Numbered from the stretch's first letter, positions 1 through 11,221 are shown. The stretch: 64,000 nt of DNA from Leptonemataceae bacterium (GCA_965227295.1 OZ245742.1:4512001-4576000), one strand, 5' to 3'. Numbers and translations are program-made. The notes: generated by a model not told the origin, from the letters alone.

Positions 1-466
1 GAACATCGGCGGCTCGACCTCGCGGCCGGTGGACGCCGCCGTCGAACGCCTCCAGATTCGCATCGAAGGCCTGGTCCCGGGACGCCATGTCCTGCTCTGC
101 AACGGTGTGCAGATCCCCCTGCACGCCACGAACGTGCGCGGGGAATTCGTAGCCGGGGTGCGCTTCAAGGCCTGGTCGCCCGTGAATACCCTGCATCCCG
201 CGATTCAGGTGCACAGCCCGCTCATCTTTGATCTGGTCGATCTCCGTTCCGAACGATCCCTGGGCGGCTGCACGTATCATGTCATGCATCCGGGCGGCCG
301 AAACTATGAAACGCGGCCGGTGAACGCCGCCGAGGCCGAGGGTCGCCGGGAGGCCCGCTTCGAGCGGGCCGGACACAGCCCCGGCCCGCTGAAAAACGGT
401 GTGCCCGCGCTACGGGTAAACGCGGAATATCCCATGACCCTTGATCTGCGACGCGACGCTCCCTGA
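1..466 (+). CDS. C-terminal part of DUF2126/transglutaminase-family protein (5' end outside window)
   Basis: AGVRFKAWSP..LHPAIQVHSPLIFD..GGCTYHVMHPGGRNYETRPVNAAEAEGRR typical of DUF2126 C-terminus; operon context. Confidence 0.8.
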   Translation, partial: NIGGSTSRPVDAAVERLQIRIEGLVPGRHVLLCNGVQIPLHATNVRGEFVAGVRFKAWSPVNTLHPAIQVHSPLIFDLVDLRSERSLGGCTYHVMHPGGRNYETRPVNAAEAEGRREARFERAGHSPGPLKNGVPALRVNAEYPMTLDLRRDAP

Positions 467-516
467 CACGTCAGCGCATCCTCACGACGTAAAACTCATC
501 TCCCTTCATCGCAACC

Positions 517-3009
517 ATGGCCGAAGCTGAAACAATGATCCTCTCCGACGGGTACGCCCAACCCGGCGGCGTCTACGACGAAACCCGGGACGGCAGTACC
601 CTGCGGCCCCACTGGCGTTTCCTCATGCGTTCCCTGGAAGCACTGGGCCTCGACGAACTGAATCGCCGGAGCAGCGAGGCCGATCGCCTGCTGCGTGAAA
701 GCGGCGTCACGTACAACGTTTACAACGAACAGAACGAACGCCGGCGCCGCTGGAAGCTCGATCCGATTCCCCTGCTCATCGAGAGCGGGGAATGGAACAG
801 CATCGAACAGGGACTTATGCAGCGCGCGGAGTTGCTGGATCTGATTCTCCGCGATCTCTACGGGGCCCGGGACCTGCTGCGCAAGGGTCTGCTTCCGCCG
901 GAAGTGGTCTACAGCCATCCCGGTTTCCTGCGGCCGTGCGTGGACCCGACGCAGCCGCCGGACCGCGGCTTTCTGACGCTGGCGAACGATCTCGCCCGGG
1001 ACCGGGACGGCAACTTCGTCGTCATGGCCGATCGAGCGCAGGCGCCGTCGGGTTCGGGCTACGCCCTGGAAAACCGCATCGTACTTTCCCGGGCGCTACC
1101 GAGTTTGTATCGGGACTCCCAGGTCCATCGCCTGGCCGTCTACTTTCGCGCCCTGCGCAGCACCCTGGCCGCCCTGGCCCCGCGGAACAAGGACGACCCG
1201 CGCATCGTCGTCCTCACCCCGGGCCCGGGCAACGAGACCTACTTCGAGCACGCCTACCTGGCCAGTTACCTGGGCTACATTCTCACGGAAGGCAACGACC
1301 TCACCGTCCGCGACGGCCGGGTCTACATCCAGACCGTCGGCGGTCAGATGGACGAGGTGGACGTCATCCTCCGCCGCCTGGACGATACTTACTGCGATCC
1401 CCTGGAACTGAAGCCGGACTCCCTGCTCGGCACGCCGGGCCTGCTGCAGGCCATGCGCCTGGGCAACGTCGCCGTGGTGAATCCGCCGGGCAGCGGTGTC
1501 CTGGACAATCCGGCCCTGCTGCCGTTCTTACCCGCTCTTTGCAAACATCTACTCGGGCAGGACTTGCGTATCTCCTCGGTACAGACCTACTGGTGCGGGG
1601 ATCCGAAACAGCGCGACCACGTCATCGCTAACATAGACAAAATGATCATTAAGCCTCTGGCGCCGCAGCCCGGCGGGCGTTCCATCCTCGGCGACCGCCT
1701 GAACGAAAACGAGCGCAGTCGTCTCGTGGACCGCATTCGTTCGCGCCCCCACGCCTTCGTCGGTCAGGACCCGCTGCCGCTCTCTACGCTGCCGTGTCTG
1801 CACGCCGCCGACAATCGCCGTTTTCTGGAAGCGCGACCCATGATCCTGCGGACCTTTCTGCTCGCCCGGGACCATGAGTTCGTGTTGATGCCGGGCGGCC
1901 TCACGCGCGTCTCGGATCGTACGGACAGTCCCATCGTCTCGAACCAGCGCGGTGGTGTTTCGAAGGATACCTGGGTCGTGGCCTCGGAGCCGCTGCGGGA
2001 AGTTACGCTGCTGCATGCGGCGGAGAGTCCCGCGGCGGGCATCAATCGCGGCGGGGGCGAGGTGGCCTCCCGGGTGGCGGACAATCTGTTCTGGATCGGT
2101 CGGTACATCGAACGCGCGGACGGTATGACGCGGCTGCTGCGCGAAATCCTGCCGATCGTCCTTGAGGCCCAGGCGTCCGGCGGGGAAACCCTGGATACGC
2201 TCCTCTACAGTTTAACGCACCTTACCTCGAACTATCCGGGCTTCCTGGCAAACGAACTGCGCGAGCAGCCCGAGGAAGAACTGAGTTCCCTGATCTACGA
2301 TCGCAGTCGCAGCGGCTCGCTGGCGTTCAACCTGCATCGCGCGCTAAGTTGCGGCCGTTCCGTGCGCGACCGGCTCTCCGAGGACGGCTGGCGTATTCTC
2401 AACACCATGCACGAACACTTCGAACAACAGCGAGACCTGGGCACGGCCCTGGCCTCGCTGGAAAACCTGGCAATCTGGCTCGCCGCCTTCGCCGGCGTCA
2501 CCAACGAAACCATGAACCACGGCATCGGCTGGCGCTTCCTGGACATGGGCCGGCGCACGGAACGAACCCTGGCGACGCTTTCGATACTGCGCCAGGTCTT
2601 CGCGGCACAACGCAACGACGTACTCCTGGAAACGTTGCTCTTCTTGAAAGATAGTCTGCGCATCCATCGCCGGCGCTACCGCAATCGTATGGACGAGGCA
2701 TCCACCCTGGATACGCTGCTGCTCGACGAAAGCCATCCGCAGTCCGTCGGTTACCAGCTCGCTGTCCTCGCGGAACACGCATCCTGCCTGCCGCGACCGG
2801 CCGAGGCCGCGAGCCGCAGCCGGGAAGAGAAACTTACGATCGAAGCCCTCGCGAAACTACGCCTCGCCGAAGCCGAGGCCTTGTCCGCGGCGCCGCAAGA
2901 CCGCGAGGAGCTGCTGCGTCGCCTCGGCGATCTTACCCTGGCATTCTCGGAATCGTTGACGGAATCGTACCTGGTCCACGGCATCTTCCCGCAGCAGGTG
3001 ATCGCATGA
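517..3009 (+). CDS. Circularly permuted type 2 ATP-grasp protein fused to alpha-E domain
   Basis: QAPSGSGYALENR, LTPGPGNETYFEHAYLA, MPGGLTRV, KDTWV; C-terminal NLFWIGRYIERA alpha-E motif. Confidence 0.9.
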   Translation: MAEAETMILSDGYAQPGGVYDETRDGSTLRPHWRFLMRSLEALGLDELNRRSSEADRLLRESGVTYNVYNEQNERRRRWKLDPIPLLIESGEWNSIEQGLMQRAELLDLILRDLYGARDLLRKGLLPPEVVYSHPGFLRPCVDPTQPPDRGFLTLANDLARDRDGNFVVMADRAQAPSGSGYALENRIVLSRALPSLYRDSQVHRLAVYFRALRSTLAALAPRNKDDPRIVVLTPGPGNETYFEHAYLASYLGYILTEGNDLTVRDGRVYIQTVGGQMDEVDVILRRLDDTYCDPLELKPDSLLGTPGLLQAMRLGNVAVVNPPGSGVLDNPALLPFLPALCKHLLGQDLRISSVQTYWCGDPKQRDHVIANIDKMIIKPLAPQPGGRSILGDRLNENERSRLVDRIRSRPHAFVGQDPLPLSTLPCLHAADNRRFLEARPMILRTFLLARDHEFVLMPGGLTRVSDRTDSPIVSNQRGGVSKDTWVVASEPLREVTLLHAAESPAAGINRGGGEVASRVADNLFWIGRYIERADGMTRLLREILPIVLEAQASGGETLDTLLYSLTHLTSNYPGFLANELREQPEEELSSLIYDRSRSGSLAFNLHRALSCGRSVRDRLSEDGWRILNTMHEHFEQQRDLGTALASLENLAIWLAAFAGVTNETMNHGIGWRFLDMGRRTERTLATLSILRQVFAAQRNDVLLETLLFLKDSLRIHRRRYRNRMDEASTLDTLLLDESHPQSVGYQLAVLAEHASCLPRPAEAASRSREEKLTIEALAKLRLAEAEALSAAPQDREELLRRLGDLTLAFSESLTESYLVHGIFPQQVIA

Positions 3010-3932
3010 CCACGTATCGCATCATCCACAAGACGATCTACCGCTACGAGGACGACGTGAGCCTGAGCCACAACGAGGCCCGGCTCCTTCCGCGTAATAT
3101 CCAGGGACAATTTGTTATTGAGAGTAACTTAAGGATCTCACCCTGGCCCACCCGCGTGGACGAACGTCTGGACTACTTCGGCAATCGGGTCCATTACTTT
3201 TCTCTGGAGCAGAGCCATCGGAACATTGAGGTGACGGCGGAGTCCCTGTTGCGTACCGCCGCGCCGGCCACGGCCCCGGCGGAACGCCTGCGTTCGGAAC
3301 CGACCTACATCGCCTGGGATCAGTTCCGGGACGCTCTGCGCGGCGACACGCAGATCACACCGGCACCGCCGCGCCACGAACTCGCGGACTACCTGGGCAG
3401 TTCCCCCATGGCGGCTCCGAACGCCGAGGCCGCCGACTACGCCGCCGCCTCGTTCACTCCCGGACGCGCGCTTTTTGAGGCGTGCAACGAGCTGAACGTG
3501 CGCATCAACCAGGAGTTCACCTACGATTCGAAGTTTTCAAAGATCGGCACGCCTCTTACGAAAATCCTTAAACATCAGCGCGGTGTTTGTCAGGACTTCG
3601 CGCACCTGTTTCTGGCCGCGGTGCGACGCCTGGGGTTACCGGCACGCTACGTAAGCGGTTACCTGGAAACGAAACCGCCGCCGGGCAAACCGAAGCTCCA
3701 GGGCGCCGACGCATCCCACGCCTGGGTTTCGGTGTTCATTCCGCCGGCGGGCTGGGTCGATTTCGATCCGACGAACGGCGTGATTGCCGGCGATTCGCAC
3801 ATCGTCCTCGGCTACGGCCGGGACTACACGGACGTAACGCCGTTGAAGGGCGTCATCTTCGGCGGGGGCAAACATACCGTAAAAGTCGAAGTGGATGTGA
3901 TCCCCGTCGAGGAAGAAGCGAACGTGGTGTAG
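3006..3932 (+). CDS. Transglutaminase-like cysteine protease
   Basis: GVCQDFAH, ARYVSGY, SHAWV, FDPTN, GRDYTDV catalytic motifs; ATGA overlap with upstream gene. Confidence 0.9.
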   Translation: MTTYRIIHKTIYRYEDDVSLSHNEARLLPRNIQGQFVIESNLRISPWPTRVDERLDYFGNRVHYFSLEQSHRNIEVTAESLLRTAAPATAPAERLRSEPTYIAWDQFRDALRGDTQITPAPPRHELADYLGSSPMAAPNAEAADYAAASFTPGRALFEACNELNVRINQEFTYDSKFSKIGTPLTKILKHQRGVCQDFAHLFLAAVRRLGLPARYVSGYLETKPPPGKPKLQGADASHAWVSVFIPPAGWVDFDPTNGVIAGDSHIVLGYGRDYTDVTPLKGVIFGGGKHTVKVEVDVIPVEEEANVV

Positions 3933-3953
3933 CGCAAGACGCGCACCACTAAC

Positions 3954-4991
3954 TTACCTGTAAAAAACGTTAAGACTCTCGATGCGCTCGCGCACTTTCG
4001 GATTCTCGAACGGACGATAGTCGAACACGAGTTTTCCCGTCTTCGAATTACGCAGGCGCAGCTCGTAGCGATGCCCGAGCTTGTTCGTTAAATGATGCAG
4101 GCTCAAGAGCTCGGCTACATCCTCCGCCCATATGCGACTGCCGTACAGCGACGCGAACGGACTTTTTGCAAAACCCGCGTACAACCGCGGAGCATCTTCC
4201 ATGGGAATCTTCGGCCCACCGCCGAAGCCGTAGAACGTAAGATCATCCCGAAGCGCGAAGTCGAAGTCCGGCCGCGGTTGATTGTACGACTCCCAATAAC
4301 GATCCACGATACGCCCGGTCTGCACCAGGCGTTCCTGCATCGGACGCACGGAGGCCTCGACATAGGGCGTGAGGCGATGCACGTAATCCGCGGCGTGGAC
4401 ACCCTCGTGCAGGAGAATGTAAAACAGGGCGCTTTCTTTACCACCGACGTCGGCTTCGATTTCGCAGGGTGGCGGAGCAACGCCGTTGCGAATGAAGGCG
4501 GTATTCTCGCGCTTTAAGATTACATCACGAGCACTTAAGCGAAACATGTCCGGATGCAGGACGATCCAGACGTAGATCTTACCGCTATGCGAGTCCACGG
4601 CGTAGTCGGTCATCCCGCTGGTTAGAAAGTCGTCGATGACGTAAATGCCCAGGAGGCGTTCCTGGAAGGTCTTCCGGATGAGCGGCGGCAGGCGCCGCAG
4701 TTCTCGTTGTACGGCCCGGCGTTCGGCCGGGCTGAGTTTGTGATCGGCGTAGTCCGGCCGCTCGTCGAGCTCGCGTATGAACTTCAGGGCCGGGGCCGGC
4801 ATTGCTCCCAGGCGATCGATCGGCGAAGTGGACGGATCGAAAGCGTACTGCGAGAAATCCCGGTGCGACGGCGCGGGAGACATCCCGCTCGACGACTGAC
4901 AGGCAAGGCCGGTGACCAGCAGCACAGTCACCGACATGCATAGGACCCATCCGGGCATGGAACGGCGGGGATACTTCGCTGCCGCTCGCAT
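3954..4991 (-). CDS. Hypothetical lipoprotein, possible zincin-like metallopeptidase
   Basis: Lipobox-like GLAC after hydrophobic stretch; LLHEGVH (HExxH) and downstream AEDVAE. Confidence 0.55.
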   Translation of the reverse strand: MRAAAKYPRRSMPGWVLCMSVTVLLVTGLACQSSSGMSPAPSHRDFSQYAFDPSTSPIDRLGAMPAPALKFIRELDERPDYADHKLSPAERRAVQRELRRLPPLIRKTFQERLLGIYVIDDFLTSGMTDYAVDSHSGKIYVWIVLHPDMFRLSARDVILKRENTAFIRNGVAPPPCEIEADVGGKESALFYILLHEGVHAADYVHRLTPYVEASVRPMQERLVQTGRIVDRYWESYNQPRPDFDFALRDDLTFYGFGGGPKIPMEDAPRLYAGFAKSPFASLYGSRIWAEDVAELLSLHHLTNKLGHRYELRLRNSKTGKLVFDYRPFENPKVRERIESLNVFYR

Positions 4992-5705
4992 CTAGAACGC
5001 GTCCGGTTTCTGGCCGAGCGCGATCTGTTGAATCTCCATGATCTCGCGAATGCCTTTTTCGGCGTAGTCGAGCAGCGTATCCAATTGCGCTCGATTGAAC
5101 GCGCCCTTTTCGGCGGTGCCCTGGATCTCGATGAACTCACCGTCGCCGTTCATGGCAACGTTCATGTCCGTGTCGGCATTGGAATCGAGGGCGTAGTCCA
5201 GGTCCAGGTGCGCCTGCCCGTCCACGATGCCCACGCTGATGGCGGCCACCTGGGTTTTCAACGGCGACGCCGTGATCATGCCTTCGTCCATGGCATACGT
5301 GATCGCCTCCACGAGCGCGATGTACGCGCCGTTGATCGCGGCGGTACGCGTGCCGCCGTCGGCGCAGAGCACGTCGCAATCGCAGGTAATGGCGACACCC
5401 GGCATTTTTTCCAGGTCCACGGCGGCCCGCAACACGCGGCCGATCAATCGCTGGATTTCCGTGGCACGGCCGTCGGTACCGCGGCGTTTGCGTTCCGTGG
5501 TGGATCCGGGCAACATGTTGTACTCCGCGTGCACCCAGCCCCGCGGCGGATTGGCTTTCAACAGCCATCCCGGCGGTTCGCTGCTCACACTCGCGGTGCA
5601 CAGCACCCGCGTTTCGCCGCAGGTAACCAGAACACTGCCGTGAGCATTCGTGGGGAAACCACGCTGAAACTTCAGCGGACGCATTTCATCGATTTTTCGG
5701 TGCAT
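4992..5705 (-). CDS. rph: Ribonuclease PH
   Basis: GSVLVTCGETRVLCTAS, GWVHAEYNMLPGST, EIQRLIGRVLRA, ADGGTRTAAING, IEIQGTAE; start chosen at ATG 5705. Confidence 0.95.
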   Translation of the reverse strand: MHRKIDEMRPLKFQRGFPTNAHGSVLVTCGETRVLCTASVSSEPPGWLLKANPPRGWVHAEYNMLPGSTTERKRRGTDGRATEIQRLIGRVLRAAVDLEKMPGVAITCDCDVLCADGGTRTAAINGAYIALVEAITYAMDEGMITASPLKTQVAAISVGIVDGQAHLDLDYALDSNADTDMNVAMNGDGEFIEIQGTAEKGAFNRAQLDTLLDYAEKGIREIMEIQQIALGQKPDAF

Positions 5706-5846
5706 ACTTGCTTGATGATCCATAAGTTCGGTTCGGAGAGGATCACACACAGCGACCGTAGTTGCAAGAAGAAAGCGCTTTTCCTCTTGACTGCGATTCG
5801 ATCACGAATACAATTCAGGCCGCAAAAAAATTGTCCAGGAGATCAC

Positions 5847-6545
5847 ATGATACACAAATACAATCAATCGGCGGCACACACGTTGTACCGGACGGCCGCG
5901 CTGACACTCGCGGTAGTATTTATGAGCGCCTGCAGCATCGTCGGCGGCAGCGACGACAGCGATGATGACGGGCTCATTATCGGCGCACTGGCGGCCGTCG
6001 GGGCCAGCACTCTGCTCAATTCCGCCGCCACCAGCACGATCATTACGCTCTACTCCACCGGCACGACCACCGGCACCGCCATCGGCGGACGCACCGGCGC
6101 GGATTCCATCTGCACGAGCAACGCTCCCTCCGGAGTTACCTGCACGAACTTCCGCGCGTATCTTTCGGTAAGTTCCACGGATGAAATCCAGGACATGCCG
6201 ACGAACTACTCGGTGCCCACGAATCGTACCATTCAATCCTCGAACGGTACCACCATCGCCACAAGCTGGTCCGACGCCCTCGACGGAAGCATCTCTACTT
6301 CGCTGGATTCCGCCGGCGTCTTCTCCACGAGTTCCAGCACGTACTGGACCGGTTCCAGCAGCACGGGCGCCGTGGCCGGTACCGCCGGAACGTGCAGCAA
6401 CTGGAACACCGGCGGCGTCACCGGGGCTCGCGGCCAGTCCGATCAAACCGACGGCGACTGGATCGGCCTCGATGAAAACAACGGCCTCGGCAATTTCTGC
6501 GGCGACACCAGCGTGCATCTCATTTGCATCTGCTGGACCGGTTGA
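5847..6545 (+). CDS. DUF1554 (endostatin-like/Len-type) lipoprotein
   Basis: SD AGGAG before ATG 5847; MSAC lipobox; GADSIC, YWTGS, CSNW, HLICI pattern. Confidence 0.7.
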   Translation: MIHKYNQSAAHTLYRTAALTLAVVFMSACSIVGGSDDSDDDGLIIGALAAVGASTLLNSAATSTIITLYSTGTTTGTAIGGRTGADSICTSNAPSGVTCTNFRAYLSVSSTDEIQDMPTNYSVPTNRTIQSSNGTTIATSWSDALDGSISTSLDSAGVFSTSSSTYWTGSSSTGAVAGTAGTCSNWNTGGVTGARGQSDQTDGDWIGLDENNGLGNFCGDTSVHLICICWTG

Positions 6546-6719
6546 TCGACAGCGATTGATTTCACAGGAGGCTGAGGGGTAGAGAGGCCGCATTCCATCA
6601 CTGCGATGGAGGCGCTCTCTTCCTCTCGGCATTCTACCCTACGAGTGAATTTCGATTGACCGAGGCCGGCTCAAATATCCTGGATCCCTTGCCATTAATT
6701 TTGTGTCTCAGGACTTCAA

Positions 6720-7415
6720 GTGTCACACAATTCCTTTCCTCCCATTACACACTCACTCCGTCGATTCGCCGTGTTAGGGCTTACCCTCGTATTCATGAAC
6801 GCCTGTAGTCTGTTTGGCTTCGGCGAAACGGATGAGGAGGACGACAGTCTGATAATCGGCACCCTGGCAGCTCTGGGGGCAAGTTCCCTATTCAGAACGA
6901 CACCCACTGCCATCGTACTATATGGTACCGGTCCGACCGCGGGTACGGCTATCGGCGCGCGTAGCGGCGCCGACGCAATCTGCACGGTCAACGTCCCGTC
7001 CGGCTTCGTTTGTTCGAATATTCGCGCCTTGATCAGCGTTGATTCCGGGGACTCTGTATCAAACATGCCGTTTGTCTGGTCGGTACCGCTGGATCGTCAG
7101 CTTCAATCTGTGAACGGAACAGTCATAGCAAACACGTGGACCGACGCCCTCGACAACCGCGTTTCGGCATCTCTGGACACAGCCGGCGTCTTCACGACGG
7201 CTGCGACCTACTACTGGACCGGCACCGCAGGCAACGGCGCCGTGTCCGCCCTGAGTACCGGCACATGTGCCGGTTGGACTTCCAGCGGCAGCACCGGATC
7301 CCGCGGGCGATCCGATCAGGCCGACAGCGACTGGCTCGGCTTCGACTTTAACAACAGCAATACACACACCTGTAGCGACACCACTGCCCGCATGGTTTGC
7401 CTCTGCTGGAACTAA
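6720..7415 (+). CDS. DUF1554 lipoprotein, tandem paralogue of upstream gene
   Basis: MNAC lipobox; GADAIC, YWTG, CAGW, MVCLC; clearly similar to 5847-6545. Confidence 0.7.
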   Translation: MSHNSFPPITHSLRRFAVLGLTLVFMNACSLFGFGETDEEDDSLIIGTLAALGASSLFRTTPTAIVLYGTGPTAGTAIGARSGADAICTVNVPSGFVCSNIRALISVDSGDSVSNMPFVWSVPLDRQLQSVNGTVIANTWTDALDNRVSASLDTAGVFTTAATYYWTGTAGNGAVSALSTGTCAGWTSSGSTGSRGRSDQADSDWLGFDFNNSNTHTCSDTTARMVCLCWN

Positions 7416-7468
7416 GAACAGGAAACATGATTTTACAGAAGGATGAGAGATAGAGAACTACTCTGCTC

Positions 7469-8374
7469 TCATCCTCCCTGTTGGCTTAACCCGAGCAACA
7501 CCCGCGCTTCCGCCGGAGTCGCGGGCTCACGGCCGACGTCGCGACACATGCGCGCGGCTTTCTCCACCAGGTCGCCGTTGGACTTCGCCATCACCCCCGG
7601 CTCCACGTAGAAGTTATCTTCCAGGCCCACGCGGATGTTGCCGCCCATACTGAGGGCCGCGGCGATCAGCGCCCACTGAATGTGCGAGATGCCGATGACT
7701 TCCCAGTGTGAGCCCGCCGGAATCTGTTCCACCTGGTTCGAAAGATTCTTCGCGGTGGCGGGAATGCCGCCGAGCACGCCCATAATAAACGAAAACTGCA
7801 ACGGCGCCTCGATGAGTCCCATGTCCACGAAGGGCTGGATGTTCGTAACGTGACCGGCGTCGAAGCACTCCAGCTCCGGACGCACACCGGCTCCGCGCAT
7901 GGCTTCTAAGTAAAACTGAATCGTATCGAAGGAATTCTCGAAGACCCAGTTGAACACAAACTCCTTGCGTTTCTTCGAGTACTTCGCGTAGTTCATGGAG
8001 CCCATGTTCAGCGCGCCGATCTCCGGCTTCAGTTCGCTGATGTGTTTGACGCGTTCTTCTTTGGGAATGTCCACGGCCCCCGTCGAAAAGTTAATGATCA
8101 CGTCCGAACGCTTGCGGCATTCCTGCATGATCGCATCGTATACTTCCACGCGATGACTGGGCCGCCCGTCATCCTCCCGGGCGTGAATGTGCACCACCGC
8201 CGCGCCGGCATCCCGGGCGCGCTTCGCTTCTTCGGCGATCTCCGCGGGCGTGTACGGAATGGCGGGACACTGATCACGATTCGCGGCAACGCCGGTGAGC
8301 GCCGCGGTAATCACGACTTTTTCTTTGAGAACGGCGCCGGGATCCTGCGCCAGTTGGGCGATGTTGAGGCTCAT
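7469..8374 (-). CDS. 3-keto-5-aminohexanoate cleavage enzyme family (BKACE/DUF849)
   Basis: ITAALTG, AVVHIHAR, NFSTG, LNMGSMN, PELECFD, RVGLED motifs. Confidence 0.9.
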   Translation of the reverse strand: MSLNIAQLAQDPGAVLKEKVVITAALTGVAANRDQCPAIPYTPAEIAEEAKRARDAGAAVVHIHAREDDGRPSHRVEVYDAIMQECRKRSDVIINFSTGAVDIPKEERVKHISELKPEIGALNMGSMNYAKYSKKRKEFVFNWVFENSFDTIQFYLEAMRGAGVRPELECFDAGHVTNIQPFVDMGLIEAPLQFSFIMGVLGGIPATAKNLSNQVEQIPAGSHWEVIGISHIQWALIAAALSMGGNIRVGLEDNFYVEPGVMAKSNGDLVEKAARMCRDVGREPATPAEARVLLGLSQQGG

Positions 8375-8516
8375 AAGATAAGATTTACCACCGAGGCGCC
8401 GAGGTCACCGAGTTTAAAGCACAGAGAGCGTTCATAGCTGAAAAACGATCAGCCACAGCCCCCGATGGCCTGCTCGTCTTCCCCTCGGAGACCTCGATCC
8501 TCGGAGTTACACTTCT

Positions 8517-9923
8517 TCAGCCCCGGTTACGCCGGCGCAGATAGGCCGGGATCTCCAGGTCGTCCAGGTCGATGTCGGCCTTCGGCTTGCGCGCGGGACG
8601 TTCGGGGATGTAATCCGCCAGTTCGTCGAGATCCGTAAGCTCCGTGAGATCGGCGTCCGCCGGTTCCGCTTCGACGCTGGGCACACGGTTCGTCGGTGCC
8701 GGTCGACGCGGAACGTCCGGATCGTCGCCGTACTCGAGGCGCGCGCGGCTACCCGGGGGCAGACTGGTCCCCGAGGACGTCGGCCGACCGGCCGGACGGG
8801 GTGCCGGTTCAGGAGAGCGAATCGAAACCACGGGATGCGACTCCCGGGACGGCGCCGGCGCGCGCGAGGCCCCGTCATAGTTCTTCCAGCTTTCGCCCGG
8901 GGCCGAACGCCCGTCGCCCACGGCGCGCGGCAGTTCTTGTTCTTCGGGATACGCGGCGGAGGCACCGCGGCCGAAGCCCGTGGCAATCACGGTCACCCGA
9001 ATGCGTTCGCGCAACGCCTTATCGATGGTGAGGCCGATGATGATGTTCGCCGTCGGATCCACCTGGCGCGTGATCAATTCTGATACATCCTTCCATTCTG
9101 TGATGGACATGTCTTCACCGCCGCAAACGTTGATCAACAACGCCGTGGCCCCGTCGATGGACGTGTCTTCCAGCAGCGCGTTGTTGATGGCCTGATTCAC
9201 CGCCTCGCCTACCCGGTTCTCGCCGACGCCCTCGCCGGCCCCCATGATCGCATCTCCGGTCTCGCCCATGATCGACCTGACGTCGGCGAAGTCCACATTC
9301 ACCAGTCCCGCGGTGTTGATGAGATCGGAAATCCCCTTCACGGCATTCAGGAGAATCTCATCCACCAGGCGAAAGGCCACATCCACCGGCGTCATCTGAT
9401 CGATCACTTTGAAGATCGAATCGTTGCGAATGGTGATGAGCGTATCGACTTTTTCACGCAGGGCCTCAAGACCGCGACGGGCAAAGTCCATGCGCTTGCC
9501 GCCTTCCATGGCGAAGGGCATCGTCACAACGCCCACGGTCAAAGCACCAACTTCTCGTGCCACCTGTGCCACTATCGGCGCGGCGCCCGTACCGGTACCG
9601 CCGCCCATGCCGGCCGTAATGAAAACCATGTCGGCGCCCTTCAACGCCTGGAGAATGCGATCCCGATCTTCCATCGCGGCCTTGAGGCCGATGTCCGGAT
9701 CGCCGCCGGCGCCCATACCGCGGGTCGTCTTCTGACCCACGGCAATGCGTTCTTCGGCGGCGGACTTACGCAGCACCTGTTCGTCGGTGTTGATTACGAT
9801 GAAGTCCACGCCGCGCAGGTCCGCGGTAATCATGCGGTTCACGGCGTTCATGCCGGCCCCGCCGACGCCCACGACCTTGATTACGGTGGGAGATGTGCGA
9901 TCTTCTTCTTCCAGATGTAACAT
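8517..9923 (-). CDS. ftsZ: Cell division protein FtsZ
   Basis: [21 protein letters not shown] tubulin signature, NVDFAD, C-terminal LEIPAYLRR. Confidence 0.98.
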   Translation of the reverse strand: MLHLEEEDRTSPTVIKVVGVGGAGMNAVNRMITADLRGVDFIVINTDEQVLRKSAAEERIAVGQKTTRGMGAGGDPDIGLKAAMEDRDRILQALKGADMVFITAGMGGGTGTGAAPIVAQVAREVGALTVGVVTMPFAMEGGKRMDFARRGLEALREKVDTLITIRNDSIFKVIDQMTPVDVAFRLVDEILLNAVKGISDLINTAGLVNVDFADVRSIMGETGDAIMGAGEGVGENRVGEAVNQAINNALLEDTSIDGATALLINVCGGEDMSITEWKDVSELITRQVDPTANIIIGLTIDKALRERIRVTVIATGFGRGASAAYPEEQELPRAVGDGRSAPGESWKNYDGASRAPAPSRESHPVVSIRSPEPAPRPAGRPTSSGTSLPPGSRARLEYGDDPDVPRRPAPTNRVPSVEAEPADADLTELTDLDELADYIPERPARKPKADIDLDDLEIPAYLRRRNRG

Positions 9924-9956
9924 AACAAACTCCTGCTAACAGCTGACTGACAGCTA

Positions 9957-11192
9957 TTAGAGATTCTCACTGATCCAGTTTTTGATGCGTTCAAAAATGC
10001 CGCCACCGCGGCGCTCGTCCGCGTGCAACGCACCGCCCGGATCACCGGCCATACGATTCGTGTAATGGATCATGCCCACGGCCGTGGCGAACTCCGGCGA
10101 GGAGACACGATCGGTAAAACCTTCCACGGCAAAGGGACTCCGCACACTGACACTGAGCCCCAGGGTATCCTCCGCCAGTTCCTCGATACCCTCTAATAGC
10201 GCGCAGCCGCCGGTTAAGACCACGCCCCCCGCCAGGAAGTTTTTCTTCCCGGACTTCAAGAGCTCCGCATCCACCATTTCCAGGATTTCTTTCATGCGCG
10301 GTTCGATGATCTCCGCGAGTTGCTGGCGCAATACCCAGCGCGCCGGTCGGCCGGGAACCCCGGGCAGTTCGATCTTTTCGGTGGGATCGACGACGTTCAC
10401 CCGCGCGGCGCCGTAGTTTTTCTTTACGACCTCGGCGATCTCCATGGGCGCCTTGAGACCGATCGACAGATCCTGAGTCACGTGCAGGCCGCCCAGGGGA
10501 ACGATGGACGAGTACGAAACTCCGCCTTCAACGTAGAGGATGATGTCCGTGATTCCGCCGCCGATGTCGACGACGGCGACGCCCAGATCTTTTTCGCCGG
10601 GATCGAGGACGGCCTCGGCCGAGGCCAGCGAAGACATGACGCCGCCGGAGACGTGGATGTCCGCGGCCTGCACGGCTTTGTTCAGGTTTGTAAGCGCGGT
10701 TACGCCGGCGGTGACAATGTGCACATCGGCTTCGAGACGAATGCCGGTCATGCCCACGGGGTCCTTGATGCCGCCCTGGTCGTCGACGGTGAACTCGCGC
10801 GAAAGCACGTGAATGATTTCCTGATCGCCGGGAATGCGAATGTTCTGCGCGCCCTCGATGACACGATAGACGTCCGACTCGGTGACGACCCGCTCTTTGT
10901 TCGTGATGGCCACCACGCCGCGGGAGTTGTCGCCCTTAAGATGTTTTCCGGTGATGTTAATCAGCACCTCGTCGGCGGTAAGGCCGGACATGAGTTCCGC
11001 CTCGCGCACGGCCTCACTGACCGACTGGGCCGCCGCGTCAATGTTGACGATGGAGCCGCAGCGCACGCCGCGGGTGGGCGCAGTACCCACGCCGATGATT
11101 TCAATACGATCCGGATCCGCCGCGAGCGGGCGACCGACCAGAACGTGGCACAGGGACGAACCGATGTCTATGGCGCAGATATAATCTCTCAT
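9957..11192 (-). CDS. ftsA: Cell division protein FtsA
   Basis: AIDIGSS, VVDIGGG, GVVLTGG, SPEFATAVG; adjacent to ftsZ. Confidence 0.97.
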   Translation of the reverse strand: MRDYICAIDIGSSLCHVLVGRPLAADPDRIEIIGVGTAPTRGVRCGSIVNIDAAAQSVSEAVREAELMSGLTADEVLINITGKHLKGDNSRGVVAITNKERVVTESDVYRVIEGAQNIRIPGDQEIIHVLSREFTVDDQGGIKDPVGMTGIRLEADVHIVTAGVTALTNLNKAVQAADIHVSGGVMSSLASAEAVLDPGEKDLGVAVVDIGGGITDIILYVEGGVSYSSIVPLGGLHVTQDLSIGLKAPMEIAEVVKKNYGAARVNVVDPTEKIELPGVPGRPARWVLRQQLAEIIEPRMKEILEMVDAELLKSGKKNFLAGGVVLTGGCALLEGIEELAEDTLGLSVSVRSPFAVEGFTDRVSSPEFATAVGMIHYTNRMAGDPGGALHADERRGGGIFERIKNWISENL

Positions 11193-11221
11193 CGAATGTA
11201 TTTCTAAAACTCAGTCGCGCC

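Noticed and set aside
5028..5846. N-terminal 273 aa of the 505-aa ORF 5028-6545
   Set aside because: Antisense shadow of rph; the lipoprotein starts at ATG 5847 with an SD.
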